DNA of 63,812 nucleotides, filler included, from an uncultured bacterium (GTDB lineage: Bacteria > CAZSTA01): assembly GCA_964609495.1 (NCBI GenBank). It is 3 parts of 3 records of this genome, joined end to end, with 100 filler letters (N's around TTAATTAATTAA, not from the genome) between each part and the next. Parts side by side here need not be neighbours in the genome. Positions count along the whole stretch, not along the records: positions 43,326 to 63,812 come from CAZSTA010000046.1; 2 more parts are not named here. The stretch is one strand, 5' to 3'. Below are positions 51,300-61,442 of the stretch, piece after piece. Below the pieces are notes generated by a model that saw only the letters and a list, made by a program, of their open reading frames with translations, was not told the origin of the DNA and did no database searches. The translations under genes and the position numbers were made by a program. How positions within the stretch are numbered: position 1 is the stretch's first letter; each line of letters starts with the position of its first letter.

Positions 51300-51613
51300 A
51301 AATCTAATTTACGACGAAGCTCTTCCCAACTAACTCCTTCTCCCCTAGATAATTCTGCTTCTGCTTCTTTAATGTTATCCACCACTATCTGATCGGCATT
51401 GATATTAGCTGTAGCTTTCCAATCCTCTATCAATTCTATCACTTTATCCCAATCACCACCGATCTCACTTTCACTTATTGTTTTTAATAGCTCTAAGATA
51501 AATCCCACTTTCTCTTCATCATCGAAGTGTTTTAGCCATTCGAAGTGGGATAAGACATCAGTTACTGGCAGATATATTAAGTCATCAGGATATTTTTTGG
51601 TAACTAAATCCAT
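51296..51613 (-). CDS. Putative antitoxin
   Basis: Acidic 105 aa protein ending GEGVSWEELRRKL, overlaps the toxin start (ATGA). Confidence 0.75.
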   Translation of the reverse strand: MDLVTKKYPDDLIYLPVTDVLSHFEWLKHFDDEEKVGFILELLKTISESEIGGDWDKVIELIEDWKATANINADQIVVDNIKEAEAELSRGEGVSWEELRRKLDL

Positions 51614-51631
51614 CTTATAAATTCTCCTCCC

Positions 51632-52190
51632 TCAATCAACATCTTCGAGCCTCTTGACTGTTATTCTACTAACTCCTCCCCAAGTTCCCACCCAAACATA
51701 ATCTTCATCAGCTACTATCGATTCAACTCTATTGTTGACCAATCCATCCTCAAGGGGAAAATTTCTCCACTCTCCGCTTTTCTTATCATATCCACTCAAT
51801 CCGCTATCAGTTCCCACCCAGAGATAATTATCATCGATCGCTAGAGATAAAACATCGTTATCGATCAACCCATCACGGGTATCAAAAATACTCCACCTCT
51901 AACTTCTCAGCTCGTATCTGCCTAACCCGATCTCCAATATTCCAAACCAGATAGCATCTTTATCCACGCCTATTGAGGTGAAATCGTAATTCTCCTGTAT
52001 CTCAGGGATGTTAATAGCGCTCCACTTATTAGACGCCTTGTAGTATGCGATAATTCCCCTATTCATTGCCACCCAAACTTTATCCTCGATAACCACTACT
52101 GAGTTGGCAAGGAAAGCGCTAGGGAGATCATATCCCTATCTACATATAATACAAAATTACTCCATTCTCCGTTTGTTTTATATCTGCTTA
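51632..52190 (-). pseudogene. Degraded beta-propeller (two-component regulator propeller-like) gene
   Basis: DGLIDNDVLSLAIDD.YLWVGT.SGLS repeats; in-frame TAG at 51899-51901 separates two same-frame ORFs; 5' part disrupted. Confidence 0.65.
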
Positions 52191-52224
52191 ACCCCTCCTT
52201 TATCTTTGAGATTATCACTTCAAT

Positions 52225-53298
52225 TTAGGGGAATATCACCGCTTTAATCGCAGATATCTTCTCCTTATTATCGATCACCTCGAAAGCCTCTACTACTTCA
52301 TCCAAAGGATAACGATTAGTTATTATCGGCTTCATCTTAACCATGCCAGCCTCTAATATCTTAATGGCTTTGAAGAGATCGGCATAAGCATAGTTAGCCG
52401 CAGTGATTAAGCTCCGCTCCCCACTCATAGCCTCGGGCGTCAGTTGTAGAGTATCGGATAAGCCAGCTAATAGAATTGTGTGTCCGCCTCTCTTCAAAAG
52501 TTCCATCCCCTCCAGAACACTCTCTGGAGAGCCAATAGTATTAAATACCGCGTTTATCCCTAAGCCATTAGTTACATCCATTACTAATTCCTTCACGCTC
52601 TCTCTATTAGCGTTCACCACATAATCAGCGCCGAACTCCTTCGCCAGCTTCAGAGGGCTATCATAGATATCGGAGGTGAATACTCTAGTTACGCCATAGC
52701 CTCTCGCAGTCTGAATTATGGATAAGCCAATAGGACCGGTTCCCATAACCAGAATATCATCACCTACGAAGAGATCAGCTAATTCCAGCGCATGTATCGC
52801 TACTCCTAGACCATCGAGCAGAGCCGCCTCCTCGAAGGAGATATTATCTGGGAGTGAGTAAGCTTTATCACTCCATAGAGTGCAAAATTCCGCCATTCCT
52901 CCGGGGTTATATTCGAGCTCCTCCCATCCCGCGCCATGTCCATGATGCTTCACCTCGGCGCAGAGATGTTGCTTTCCAGTCTGGCAGTAGTAGCAGGTCT
53001 CACAGCTTCTAAAGGGAAGAGCGAGGATTCTCTGCCCGATTCTCTCTGGAGATACTTTCGTTCCCACCTCGACTATCTCTCCAGCGAACTCATGTCCTAA
53101 GATCATATTGGGGGGATTAGGTCTATGATATCCTAAAGTATGCCAGGACCAGGGATTCTCCCCGTGAAGATAACGAATATCAGAGCCACATATCCCACAA
53201 GCCTTGACTCTCACCAGCACCTCATCTTCTGCTGGCTTAGGAGTTGGAACTTCAGCTACTCTTAATTTATAAGGCTCTTCTAAAACTGCTGCTTTCAT
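52225..53298 (-). CDS. Zn-dependent alcohol/sugar dehydrogenase (MDR family)
   Basis: CGICGSD, LGHEFAG, CETCYYC..C, GTGPIG. Confidence 0.93.
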   Translation of the reverse strand: MKAAVLEEPYKLRVAEVPTPKPAEDEVLVRVKACGICGSDIRYLHGENPWSWHTLGYHRPNPPNMILGHEFAGEIVEVGTKVSPERIGQRILALPFRSCETCYYCQTGKQHLCAEVKHHGHGAGWEELEYNPGGMAEFCTLWSDKAYSLPDNISFEEAALLDGLGVAIHALELADLFVGDDILVMGTGPIGLSIIQTARGYGVTRVFTSDIYDSPLKLAKEFGADYVVNANRESVKELVMDVTNGLGINAVFNTIGSPESVLEGMELLKRGGHTILLAGLSDTLQLTPEAMSGERSLITAANYAYADLFKAIKILEAGMVKMKPIITNRYPLDEVVEAFEVIDNKEKISAIKAVIFP

Positions 53299-53318
53299 AT
53301 CGATCTTCCTCTCTTAAT

Positions 53319-56036
53319 CTAGAGAAATAGCAAAATTAACACCAAGATAACTATAGCTATCGCTGGTATATTAACCTGGGGAGGAGGCTTAGGTTTCTCC
53401 TCCGACTCTAAAGTTATACGGCGAGAAGCTATGTTATCCATCTCATTCGTTTCTGCGATTATATTATCGGGATCTACAACCGTATATATCTCGTAATCCC
53501 CCGGTTTAATTTTCTCAGTTCGCCAAATGTAGTTAAGAGTTGCTTCCTCTCCAGTAGAGAGGCTAGAGGTTAATTTATCCGTATCTATTTGCGATCCGCC
53601 AGCAGAAGGGTCACCCTGAAAAATTCGGACTAAGACGCTATTGTGCTTCGGATCCTCATCCCCCACGTTTCTCACGGTCACAGCTATAGCGACATCTTCT
53701 CCTGCTTTCGGATAGGTTGGATCGAAGAAGACGGAGGAGATAATTAGATTGGGTCTTTCTGGCTCCCCTCCCTCTTGGAAGCCAGCGGAGATAACTAAAG
53801 CGAAATCCTGTATTTTCTGAGGGATGTTAGCCGCTTCCACTTCGAAGGTGTATTTGCCCCTTGTGGGGAATGAGACCAATACCTGCTCTACATTGTTAAC
53901 TCGATCGTGAGCAGTATCGAAGGGAGCGATGAAGTCATTCCCGTAGAACTTCTCTCCATTAGGGGAGATTATAGTTAGATCTAAATCGTTAACCAAGGTC
54001 CTTCCCGGATAATCGGTCCAAACCAGAGTTGCCTTCAGGGGAACATTGCTCGTCATCACATCGTAGGAGAAAGTTCTTCTCCCACCAGTAGATAAGCCCT
54101 CTTTATTATCAATATACACCCAAGATTGAGGAGGTGAGGGAAATAGACTATTAGCTAAGTTCACTCGACCCCACCCTTGAACGTTGTCCGGACGATATTT
54201 GATCTCTTGAGAAGCCCCTGTTCCATACTGACCGGGCACCAGATCAACTGCTCCATTGATTAGAGTTGCTTTGAGAAGAGCGGCGCTGGGTGAGGATAAG
54301 CCTTCCAGCTCTGTATAGAACTCTCGAACTAAAGCCGATATCCCCGAGACTAGAGGAGTCGACATACTCGTTCCTCCCATAAATATATACCAATCATTAT
54401 GGACTCCCCAACCTGTTCCTCCTAATTGAGAACGGCATGAGATTATATCGGTCCCTGGAGCAACCACATCGGGTTTGATCCGATCGTCATCTGTAGGGCC
54501 ACGACTGGAGAAAGCCGCTAATCCTACTTTATTACTTGAGATTCTATCTCTATTGATAGGATCTACCGGGAAGCTGCTCCCCCAAACATTCCCCCAGGTG
54601 GACCCAGTTAATCCCCCTGAATTAGCTGGGCGTTCTGTCTCTGTCGCTCCCACAGTAAGACAGTTCTTAGCGGTGCCAGGTGAGCAAAGGGAGTCGAGAT
54701 CTACAACTCCATTTCGATTAGAATCTAATCCCTCGTTCCCTGCCGCGAAGACTATCAGCATATCTTTATTATCCCAAACGAATTGATCTGTTTCCTTCGC
54801 ATAAGTGGTATAGTCTCCATCCACCGGCTCTCCCCAGCTATTGCTATGTATCCTCGCCCCATCGCGATAAGCTTGCTCATAGAGGATTTTGAGATCTACG
54901 GGAAGTCCCCCTAAACCGCCTCTATCATCGAGGACGGATTGTAATACCAACTTGGCAGAAGGAGCCATTCCCTTAAATCTTCCTCCCGACATCTCTCCGC
55001 TTCCTAATACCGAACCAGCTACGTGAGTTCCATGCCCATGTGGATCGCTGGCATCATTTGGTCTTCCCAGGGCATATAGAGAGACCACTCGGCCTCGAAA
55101 GTCTTTATTTAAGGAGGCATCGGTTTTCCCACTATCCAGCCCAGTATCGGCTATCGCGACTATCTGTCCCCTTCCAGTTAGAGGGGAGGAATTATTCCAA
55201 GCCGTGTCTGCTTCCAGGATCTCAGCGGCTATATCGTTGAGAAGGCGAGGGGGAATATATTCTTCAAGCCACTTCACTTCTGGAAGCTGGGAGATATCAG
55301 GAATGAAATCCCGAAGGATAACCGCTCTGATCTTATCCTCTCCAGTTGATAGGACCTTCCCCTTCCAATCCTCGATCTTCTTCACAACTTTGGGAACATC
55401 GGTCGGCTTATAGACAAGGATATCTAAAGTTACCTCCCCAGTCCCAAAGGCTCGAGAAAGACCTTCTCTGGTAACCTCGACAGCCAATTTGGGATTTACC
55501 TTGTAGGCAGGCTCATAGACTCCAATCCATTGGATAAAGGATAGTTTCGCCACTTTATCTCGCACTCCGGGGACTAGTTCCGCTAAGAATGCGTTTTGCG
55601 GGATATAGTCGAATAACTTACCTCCTAGAAGTTCGACCTGTTTCTTCCATTCAGGCTTGATTGGTCCAACGAATTGGATAATATAATGGTTGGTGGGACC
55701 TACAAGCTCCAAAGCCCGAGGAGGAGTAGGCATAGGGCCAGTGGTATCGATCTCAACACCAGCCACTTTGATCAAGGTGCTCTCTTTCAATTCCTCAACT
55801 TCGAAACCCATATCCTGGATCAACTTCAAGTCTAAGTCTTTAATCTTAGCTACAACAAAGCTTTCATATTCGGCAAGTATATCGATCCCAGTCCTTTTTA
55901 ACTCGTTTAATTGCATCGCACTTTCGAAGTATATCCTTGCTGAGATAAATTCTTCTTGTCCCCAAGCAATTGAAGTGAAGATAATACAGGTTGTTATGAT
56001 TAGGGCAAGCAGAATTGAGAGTCTGATCTTTCTCAT
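53319..56036 (-). CDS. Secreted S8 subtilisin-like protease with CARDB-like domain and C-terminal anchor
   Basis: Signal peptide; triad motifs AIADTG, HGHGTHVAG, GTSMSTP; KPDVVAPG; VDPDNIIAETNEMDN; C-terminal hydrophobic tail. Confidence 0.92.
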   Translation of the reverse strand: MRKIRLSILLALIITTCIIFTSIAWGQEEFISARIYFESAMQLNELKRTGIDILAEYESFVVAKIKDLDLKLIQDMGFEVEELKESTLIKVAGVEIDTTGPMPTPPRALELVGPTNHYIIQFVGPIKPEWKKQVELLGGKLFDYIPQNAFLAELVPGVRDKVAKLSFIQWIGVYEPAYKVNPKLAVEVTREGLSRAFGTGEVTLDILVYKPTDVPKVVKKIEDWKGKVLSTGEDKIRAVILRDFIPDISQLPEVKWLEEYIPPRLLNDIAAEILEADTAWNNSSPLTGRGQIVAIADTGLDSGKTDASLNKDFRGRVVSLYALGRPNDASDPHGHGTHVAGSVLGSGEMSGGRFKGMAPSAKLVLQSVLDDRGGLGGLPVDLKILYEQAYRDGARIHSNSWGEPVDGDYTTYAKETDQFVWDNKDMLIVFAAGNEGLDSNRNGVVDLDSLCSPGTAKNCLTVGATETERPANSGGLTGSTWGNVWGSSFPVDPINRDRISSNKVGLAAFSSRGPTDDDRIKPDVVAPGTDIISCRSQLGGTGWGVHNDWYIFMGGTSMSTPLVSGISALVREFYTELEGLSSPSAALLKATLINGAVDLVPGQYGTGASQEIKYRPDNVQGWGRVNLANSLFPSPPQSWVYIDNKEGLSTGGRRTFSYDVMTSNVPLKATLVWTDYPGRTLVNDLDLTIISPNGEKFYGNDFIAPFDTAHDRVNNVEQVLVSFPTRGKYTFEVEAANIPQKIQDFALVISAGFQEGGEPERPNLIISSVFFDPTYPKAGEDVAIAVTVRNVGDEDPKHNSVLVRIFQGDPSAGGSQIDTDKLTSSLSTGEEATLNYIWRTEKIKPGDYEIYTVVDPDNIIAETNEMDNIASRRITLESEEKPKPPPQVNIPAIAIVILVLILLFL

Positions 56037-56049
56037 TTGATTTCCCTCC

Positions 56050-56226
56050 AAATTAAGAAGTTTCAAAATTTTTTGTCTGAGATGTTCGAGATCGGATTAG
56101 ACCTTGAACTCATATAAATCACCCTCCCCTCAAGGGAGAGGGAAGAATCATCAAGAGAGGGACTTAATTATGTTCCCTCTCCCCTGGTGGGAGAGGGAAA
56201 TTATATCTTGAACTAACTAGCGAAAA
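56050..56226. repeat. Family C repeat cluster
   Basis: TTAAGAAGTTTCAAAA, CACCCTCCCCTCAAGGGAGAGGG, CCCTCTCCCCTGGTGGGAGAGGG, ATCTTGAACTAACTAGCGAA. Confidence 0.8.
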
Positions 56227-56241
56227 GTTAAGAATAACCAA

Positions 56242-58521
56242 TCACTTACTCGAAATCTCTATATCTGCCGAGGTGTTAGCGGTAACCTTATCTCCTCTCT
56301 CATCGAAACCTCGAACTTCCAGCGAGTTCACCACTTTGCCTGGGCTGGTATCTCCCTTGATTCTTCCCTTGATCCTTATCTCTATCTCTTTTCCTTTGGG
56401 AAGAAGGGGAATATTCCACAGGATTATCATCTGCTCTGGCTCAGGTGTATCAGGGATTATCCTTCGGGAAGCACGATCATCACTGTTGTCCTCAACGAAT
56501 AGTATATCTTTTGATAAGATATCACTCACAGATATATTATGTATATGTTGTCTCCCCCTATTGATTAAAGTGATTATATAGACTATTCCATCTCCAGGGT
56601 GATAGGAGTTGGAAAGCGCCTTCTTTTTGACTTCAAGCTTTGACTTTGGTATCTCGATCGCTGCGCTAGCGGAGTTTTTATTGCTGGCTAAATTTCCCTC
56701 CTTGGATATAGACTCGACCGAGATCGTATTTACTATACCCTCCCTATCTATTCTGGGATCAACCTTGATGATAGCTGATATCTCGATCTTATCTCCGCTT
56801 GCTAAGTTTCCTAAACTCCAGAATATATTTCGTCCTACGACCGCTGAAGGTAAAGGATCGCTCGACATAAAGAAAACATCGTTGGGAAGCTCCGCTTTGA
56901 TCACGATTTGGCTTAATCCCTGGCCAGTATAATTCGTTATAATTATGGAGTATTTCTCATTGCGACCTGCTAGTAGAATTTCGTTCTCAAAAATTTGTTC
57001 TATGAGCAATATATTGGAGGTCATCAATTTGGCTGGAGTTCGTTCCTTCTCAGCTTCAACTTCGAATATTGTTCTCTCTTTTAAGGGAAGGGGAGATGTA
57101 ATTTGTTCGGGGATGAAGGGATTGGGGAAGCTGTCCTCGATCTGAGATAATTTATCCCCTATAAGCGAGGGGATATCTTTCTTCTCGGCGAGGAGAGGAG
57201 ATATAGCTCGACTTTTGGGGAGAGGTTGGATAGTCTTTCTCATTCGAGTAGGATAAGATCTTTTCTCCTCCCCTATTGGAGGGGATAACTCCCCTGAGCC
57301 AACCCTTAGGGCGTAACGGATTATGTACTCTTTGGAGGCAAGAGTATCTCTTGTCCCTTTAGAAGTTAAACTGCTAAGAAATTCATCGCTCCAAAGAGGA
57401 TAGATCACGCTCTTCTCCACACTTTTTAGAGGTGGATTTTCGAGGTTATCTTTCCTATCAATCTTCACTGGCTCGGTTAATTTATCTCGGAGAGGAGCGG
57501 ATATTATCTCTTTACCTATAGTAGATCGAAGCGCGGGTTTTATTTCCCTTACTTTGACCTTTATAACCTCTTTCAGCAGGGACTCTATTTCGATTTTTTC
57601 CCCTACCATCTTGGGGATTAGTGTTTGTATCCCACTTATAGATTCTACTAAAAGGGGCTTAACTTCACCTTCGCTCTCTATGATCTTTGCTCTAATCTCT
57701 AGGGGTTTAGAAGGCTCGACCTTCTTTAAGGCTGGCTTACTTACAGATGTTAAGCTAAGTTCAGATTCTTCTACTTCCTCCTTCTCCGCAAGGGAGGGTG
57801 ATCTCTCCTCAGCTTTTAGCGATTTAGGGGAAGGGATCCCTCCCTCCACCCTTCCTATATTAATTGTGGGAATATGCTCTAAGTGGGGTGGCTCTATGGG
57901 GAATTTTGCCTCTTGTTCCTTCATAATCATCTTAGGAGTCGAGATCATCTCCTCCGTTTCGCTCCTATCCGATTCTATCAGAGCGATAAGGGATAAAGCA
58001 GAGAAGTGATTAGGCTCAAGCTTTCTGAGGCGCTTGAGCCAATTTTTGACCTGAAGTAAATAATAGCTTTGACTTGGGGAGTTTTGCTCCAACTCCATCG
58101 CTCTTAGATATAGGGATAAAGAATACAGATAAGTGCTCTCTTTAACTCCTTCGTTGTCTTTGGCGGCTTTTTCCCAAGCCCCCCATCTCTCCCTTTCATC
58201 ATACTTCGTCGGATCATCGGTGGCAGTGAGCAGAATCTTCATAAAATCATCGCCTGCCCTCTCGAATTTTCCCTGGGAGAGAGCATCCAATCCTTGTTTA
58301 TACAGCTCGAATAGATCATTGGGTAAAGATCTCCCCTTAGCTAATTCCTCCTGATATCTCTCGATGGAGAAGGGGAATTGAAGGGAGATCTCTCCCTCCT
58401 CAGTTTGAGTTATAGCAGGCAAGTTAAATAGAAGAAGCAATATTAATATAACAAGCCGAAACTTACATTTAGGGGGAGGAATCCTCCCCTCTACCCCTCC
58501 TACTTTATTTATAGGTTTCAT
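56242..58521 (-). CDS. Secreted protein with a low-complexity linker and two DUF11-like Ig domains
   Basis: N-terminal hydrophobic segment; YSIIITN..AELP..WSLGNL and YIITLIN..SDIL..WNIPLL repeats. Confidence 0.7.
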   Translation of the reverse strand: MKPINKVGGVEGRIPPPKCKFRLVILILLLLFNLPAITQTEEGEISLQFPFSIERYQEELAKGRSLPNDLFELYKQGLDALSQGKFERAGDDFMKILLTATDDPTKYDERERWGAWEKAAKDNEGVKESTYLYSLSLYLRAMELEQNSPSQSYYLLQVKNWLKRLRKLEPNHFSALSLIALIESDRSETEEMISTPKMIMKEQEAKFPIEPPHLEHIPTINIGRVEGGIPSPKSLKAEERSPSLAEKEEVEESELSLTSVSKPALKKVEPSKPLEIRAKIIESEGEVKPLLVESISGIQTLIPKMVGEKIEIESLLKEVIKVKVREIKPALRSTIGKEIISAPLRDKLTEPVKIDRKDNLENPPLKSVEKSVIYPLWSDEFLSSLTSKGTRDTLASKEYIIRYALRVGSGELSPPIGEEKRSYPTRMRKTIQPLPKSRAISPLLAEKKDIPSLIGDKLSQIEDSFPNPFIPEQITSPLPLKERTIFEVEAEKERTPAKLMTSNILLIEQIFENEILLAGRNEKYSIIITNYTGQGLSQIVIKAELPNDVFFMSSDPLPSAVVGRNIFWSLGNLASGDKIEISAIIKVDPRIDREGIVNTISVESISKEGNLASNKNSASAAIEIPKSKLEVKKKALSNSYHPGDGIVYIITLINRGRQHIHNISVSDILSKDILFVEDNSDDRASRRIIPDTPEPEQMIILWNIPLLPKGKEIEIRIKGRIKGDTSPGKVVNSLEVRGFDERGDKVTANTSADIEISSK
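57826..57864 (-). repeat. Family A repeat in frame
   Basis: ATTAATATAGGAAGGGTGGAGGGAGGGATCCCTTCCCCT = INIGRVEGGIPSP. Confidence 0.8.
58471..58512 (-). repeat. Family A repeat in frame at the N-terminus
   Basis: ATAAATAAAGTAGGAGGGGTAGAGGGGAGGATTCCTCCCCCT = INKVGGVEGRIPPP; one mismatch to 37043-37084. Confidence 0.85.
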
Positions 58522-58936
58522 CTCAAATCAGGCACGAAGACCCCGACTGATTGAAAAGAAAATCAGTCGGGGAGGAGTGCCTATCTCCCTCCCTATTAAA
58601 AGCAGTTGATTTCTCAAAGGCCCTTGTGGTAGGGGAGGAGGGAACCTCCTCCTCCCCATGACAAGGGTTTTCCACTAATATAAAGTGGTTTCTCCACCTT
58701 TCGGTGGGTTAGAGCCTCATCGGGATTGTTAAGAGGGGTTTTTAAGCTCGACAGCACTGTTCCTACCTCACAGAACTGTTTAACCATCAAGCCACAGAGC
58801 GGAAAGCTTGAGGAGCACTCGCAGATGTGTATGTATCTCACCCTCTTAACTGCTCCTAACTTGCGTTAGGCCCCTAGTCAACCAGGGCCTGCTCTCGCAA
58901 GCCCCTACTGATTCTTAATCAGTAGGGGTTGTTGAC
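58522..58936 (-). mobile_element. Non-autonomous IS200/IS605 IscB-type element lacking iscB
   Basis: Matched subterminal hairpins CCCCTACTGATT..AATCAGTAGGGG (58902-58928) and CCCCGACTGATT..AATCAGTCGGGG (58541-58572); begins GTCAAC; followed by ATGAAA. Confidence 0.8.
58690..58936 (-). ncRNA. IscB-type omegaRNA scaffold (HEARO-like)
   Basis: GTCAACAACCCC..GGGGCTTG..GTTGACTAG..CAGTT..ACAC..TGCTCCTCAAGC..CTCTGTG..TTAAACAG..CAGTG..AACAATCCCGATGAGG; long-range GTTAAGAGGG/CCCTCTTAAC helix and CCTCA/TGAGG pairing. Confidence 0.85.
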
Positions 58937-58951
58937 CGCTATTATCACCTG

Positions 58952-59040
58952 TAAAAAAGGGGACTTTTGCAGTCAATAGGACTCAAGTGTTCTGGTAACT
59001 TTTGCTTCCAATAAAACTCAAGGTAAAAAAGTTCCCTTTA
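58952..59040. repeat. Compound family B repeat
   Basis: Two fused reverse-orientation B cores joined through TTCTGGTAACTTTTGC. Confidence 0.8.
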
Positions 59041-59045
59041 CGTAA

Positions 59046-61325
59046 TTATTTCTTCTCTAAGATAGCATCTATCTCCTGATCTTGAGCGGAGAGGATTACT
59101 GCTGTCCGTTTCCACTCCTTATATCCTTCTTTAACCAATCTAATTTCATAGCTTCCGGGGGCGAAGGAGGAGATTATAAGGTCGGTCAATCCTTGCAACT
59201 GACCATCTATGTAAATCTTAGCTCCTGGAGGAGTGGATTTTATGGTCAAGGAAGAGGTGGTTTTAGCTAGCTCTGCTCTTAGCTGAGCTACCTGTCCCGC
59301 CCGGATATCCACTGTTTGGCGCCAGCTGCTATATCCATTTTTGCTAACTCTGATTTTATACTTTCCCACGGGGAGATCACTTATAGTATAAGGAGTCTCC
59401 CCTTGTAGTTCTCCTCCTATATATACTTGAGCTTTACCTGGTTCACTGCTGATCTCAAGTCCACCTGTCTCTGGTATAAGTTGAACTTTCACTTCGTTAT
59501 CCCTATTGGCGATTACTCTCGTTCTCTTCTTCCAAGTCTGATATCCATCTTTAGCTAGCTCCAAGGTATAGTCCCCGGTGGGAATAGATTCGAGAATTAA
59601 GGGAGTAGTGCCTTCAATTTCTCCATCCAAATAAACTAGGGCAGATGAAGGAGTGGAGGTTATCATTAGTTTGCCAAAATGAGCCTCAAGACTTGCTTGA
59701 ATTCTGATTATATCATTAGCTTTTATAGTTACTACCTCCTTCCAAGTATCATATCCGCTCTTTATAAGCTTGATCCTGTAAACTCCAGGAGGGAAAGAGG
59801 TGAGGGATAGAGGGGTCTTTCCTCTATCCTCATCGTTTATATATATCTCTGCAGATGCAGGGATAGAATTTATAGATAACCATCCGAGTGCTTCTGATAG
59901 AGTGATCTCTACCTCGACTCTCTGTTGCTCCTCCACAGTTACAATATCTTCATACTCCTGATACCCCTCCTTGCTCAGTCTGAGTTTATATTGGGCGATA
60001 GGTATATTAGGAATAGTAAGAGGAGTTTTACCTTTGAGTTCTTCATTTAAGTAAACATTAGCCCCATAGGGAGAAGAGGTGACGAAAAGCGTTCCTTGAG
60101 CTCTCTCTAAAGTGATCTCTACTTCTCTGCTAAGAGCAGAGGGCATGAATAGCTTACTGATCCAACTTTTATACCCTTTCTTCGAGATTCTGATATCATA
60201 ATATCCCGTCTCAAGATCCCGGATGATCAGAGGAGTCATACCTTTGAAGTTTCCTCCGATATATACTTCCGCCTCTGCTGGTTTAGAAATAATCGTTAAT
60301 ATTGGTTCTGGTTCCTCTTCAGAGAGAGATAAGGGAATATCTAAGAGATTAGTCTTATCAGAGTGAACTTCAATCAACTTTTGCCAATCGTCGTATCCTC
60401 TTAAGCTCACCTTGAGGTGATGTTGACCTATTAGGACCTCCTCGATAGTGAGGGGAGTAGTTCCTTTTTCCTCTCCATCTAAATAAACCATAGCCTTATC
60501 TGGAGATGATTTTACCCTAATAGCCCCTTTGGGGATAGCTATCTCTATCCGTTTCGACTTAAGGGTAACTATGACCTTCCCCATTTCCCTGGGCTTTAGC
60601 GTGATCTCCTCGTTCCACTCCTCATATCCATCCTTAATCAATTTCACTTGGTGGGATCCGGACAGTATAGCATCGAGTTCAAGTGGTGTTTTCCCTTTTA
60701 GCTGTCCATCTAAGTAAACCTGAGCTTTATCAGGAGTAGATATAATAGCTAAAGAACTCACAATTTTTTCTCGTACTTGTTCAAATAATTTTATTATCTT
60801 AGGGGGATGATAGGTGGGATCTAGTTGTAGCGCTGGATCGATTTGGAGGCTGTTTTTGAAGGCCTCTTGCGCCTTATCGAAATCGTTTAATCCTATGTAA
60901 GTAAAGGCTAGATACTCATACGCCTCTACTAAGTCCTTTTTATCCTTTGGATTAAGATCTATCGCTTTTTTTAACTCGGTGATAGCCTTTTCGAATAAAC
61001 ATTGATAGTAGTAGGACTTTCCCAGACCCAGGTGGCCCGAGGGATGATCGGGGTCTAGGTTTATCGCCTCTTTGAAGCTGTTCTCTGCGTTCTCAAAATC
61101 GCCTTCGTCAAGATAGGACAAACCTTCTTTGATACTATCCTCATAAGTTGTGGCTTGAACAATTGGGGCAAGAGATAACATCACTAAGATAATCGGTATG
61201 AGGAAGCAAATTCCTGAACCGATTAACCTCTTCAAGCCGAAACCCAAGTTTCGGTTATTCGGCTTGCTTTGACTATCCCTCCTATATCTGAGAATCCCCC
61301 CTATAATTATCCCTTTATGACGCAT
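59046..61325 (-). CDS. Secreted TPR plus 8x PEGA-domain protein
   Basis: Signal-like segment, about 3 TPRs, then eight S.P..A.VY.DG...G.TP...G.Y.I...K.GY repeats. Confidence 0.9.
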   Translation of the reverse strand: MRHKGIIIGGILRYRRDSQSKPNNRNLGFGLKRLIGSGICFLIPIILVMLSLAPIVQATTYEDSIKEGLSYLDEGDFENAENSFKEAINLDPDHPSGHLGLGKSYYYQCLFEKAITELKKAIDLNPKDKKDLVEAYEYLAFTYIGLNDFDKAQEAFKNSLQIDPALQLDPTYHPPKIIKLFEQVREKIVSSLAIISTPDKAQVYLDGQLKGKTPLELDAILSGSHQVKLIKDGYEEWNEEITLKPREMGKVIVTLKSKRIEIAIPKGAIRVKSSPDKAMVYLDGEEKGTTPLTIEEVLIGQHHLKVSLRGYDDWQKLIEVHSDKTNLLDIPLSLSEEEPEPILTIISKPAEAEVYIGGNFKGMTPLIIRDLETGYYDIRISKKGYKSWISKLFMPSALSREVEITLERAQGTLFVTSSPYGANVYLNEELKGKTPLTIPNIPIAQYKLRLSKEGYQEYEDIVTVEEQQRVEVEITLSEALGWLSINSIPASAEIYINDEDRGKTPLSLTSFPPGVYRIKLIKSGYDTWKEVVTIKANDIIRIQASLEAHFGKLMITSTPSSALVYLDGEIEGTTPLILESIPTGDYTLELAKDGYQTWKKRTRVIANRDNEVKVQLIPETGGLEISSEPGKAQVYIGGELQGETPYTISDLPVGKYKIRVSKNGYSSWRQTVDIRAGQVAQLRAELAKTTSSLTIKSTPPGAKIYIDGQLQGLTDLIISSFAPGSYEIRLVKEGYKEWKRTAVILSAQDQEIDAILEKK

Positions 61326-61340
61326 TCTTTCTCTCCTTTA

Positions 61341-61442
61341 TAAGGAAACTTTTTAATTCTGGTAACTTTTGCAGACAAAAATATATAAGGTTAGAAAGTT
61401 ACCAGAACACTTGAGTTTTACTTCCGGCGAAAGTTTCCTTTA
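61341..61442. repeat. Family B palindrome with a nested B-variant
   Basis: Outer AAGGAAACTTT..AAAGTTTCCTT, inner TTCTGGTAACTTT..AAAGTTACCAGAA. Confidence 0.8.

Noticed and set aside
51899-51901. In-frame TAG as possible pyrrolysine or readthrough
   Set aside because: The 5' part of the gene is also disrupted, TAG is a normal stop in many genes here, and there is no pyl machinery in the window
58614-58841. 75-aa ORF as a real gene
   Set aside because: It lies within the structured omegaRNA and IS end; only GKPL may be an iscB vestige
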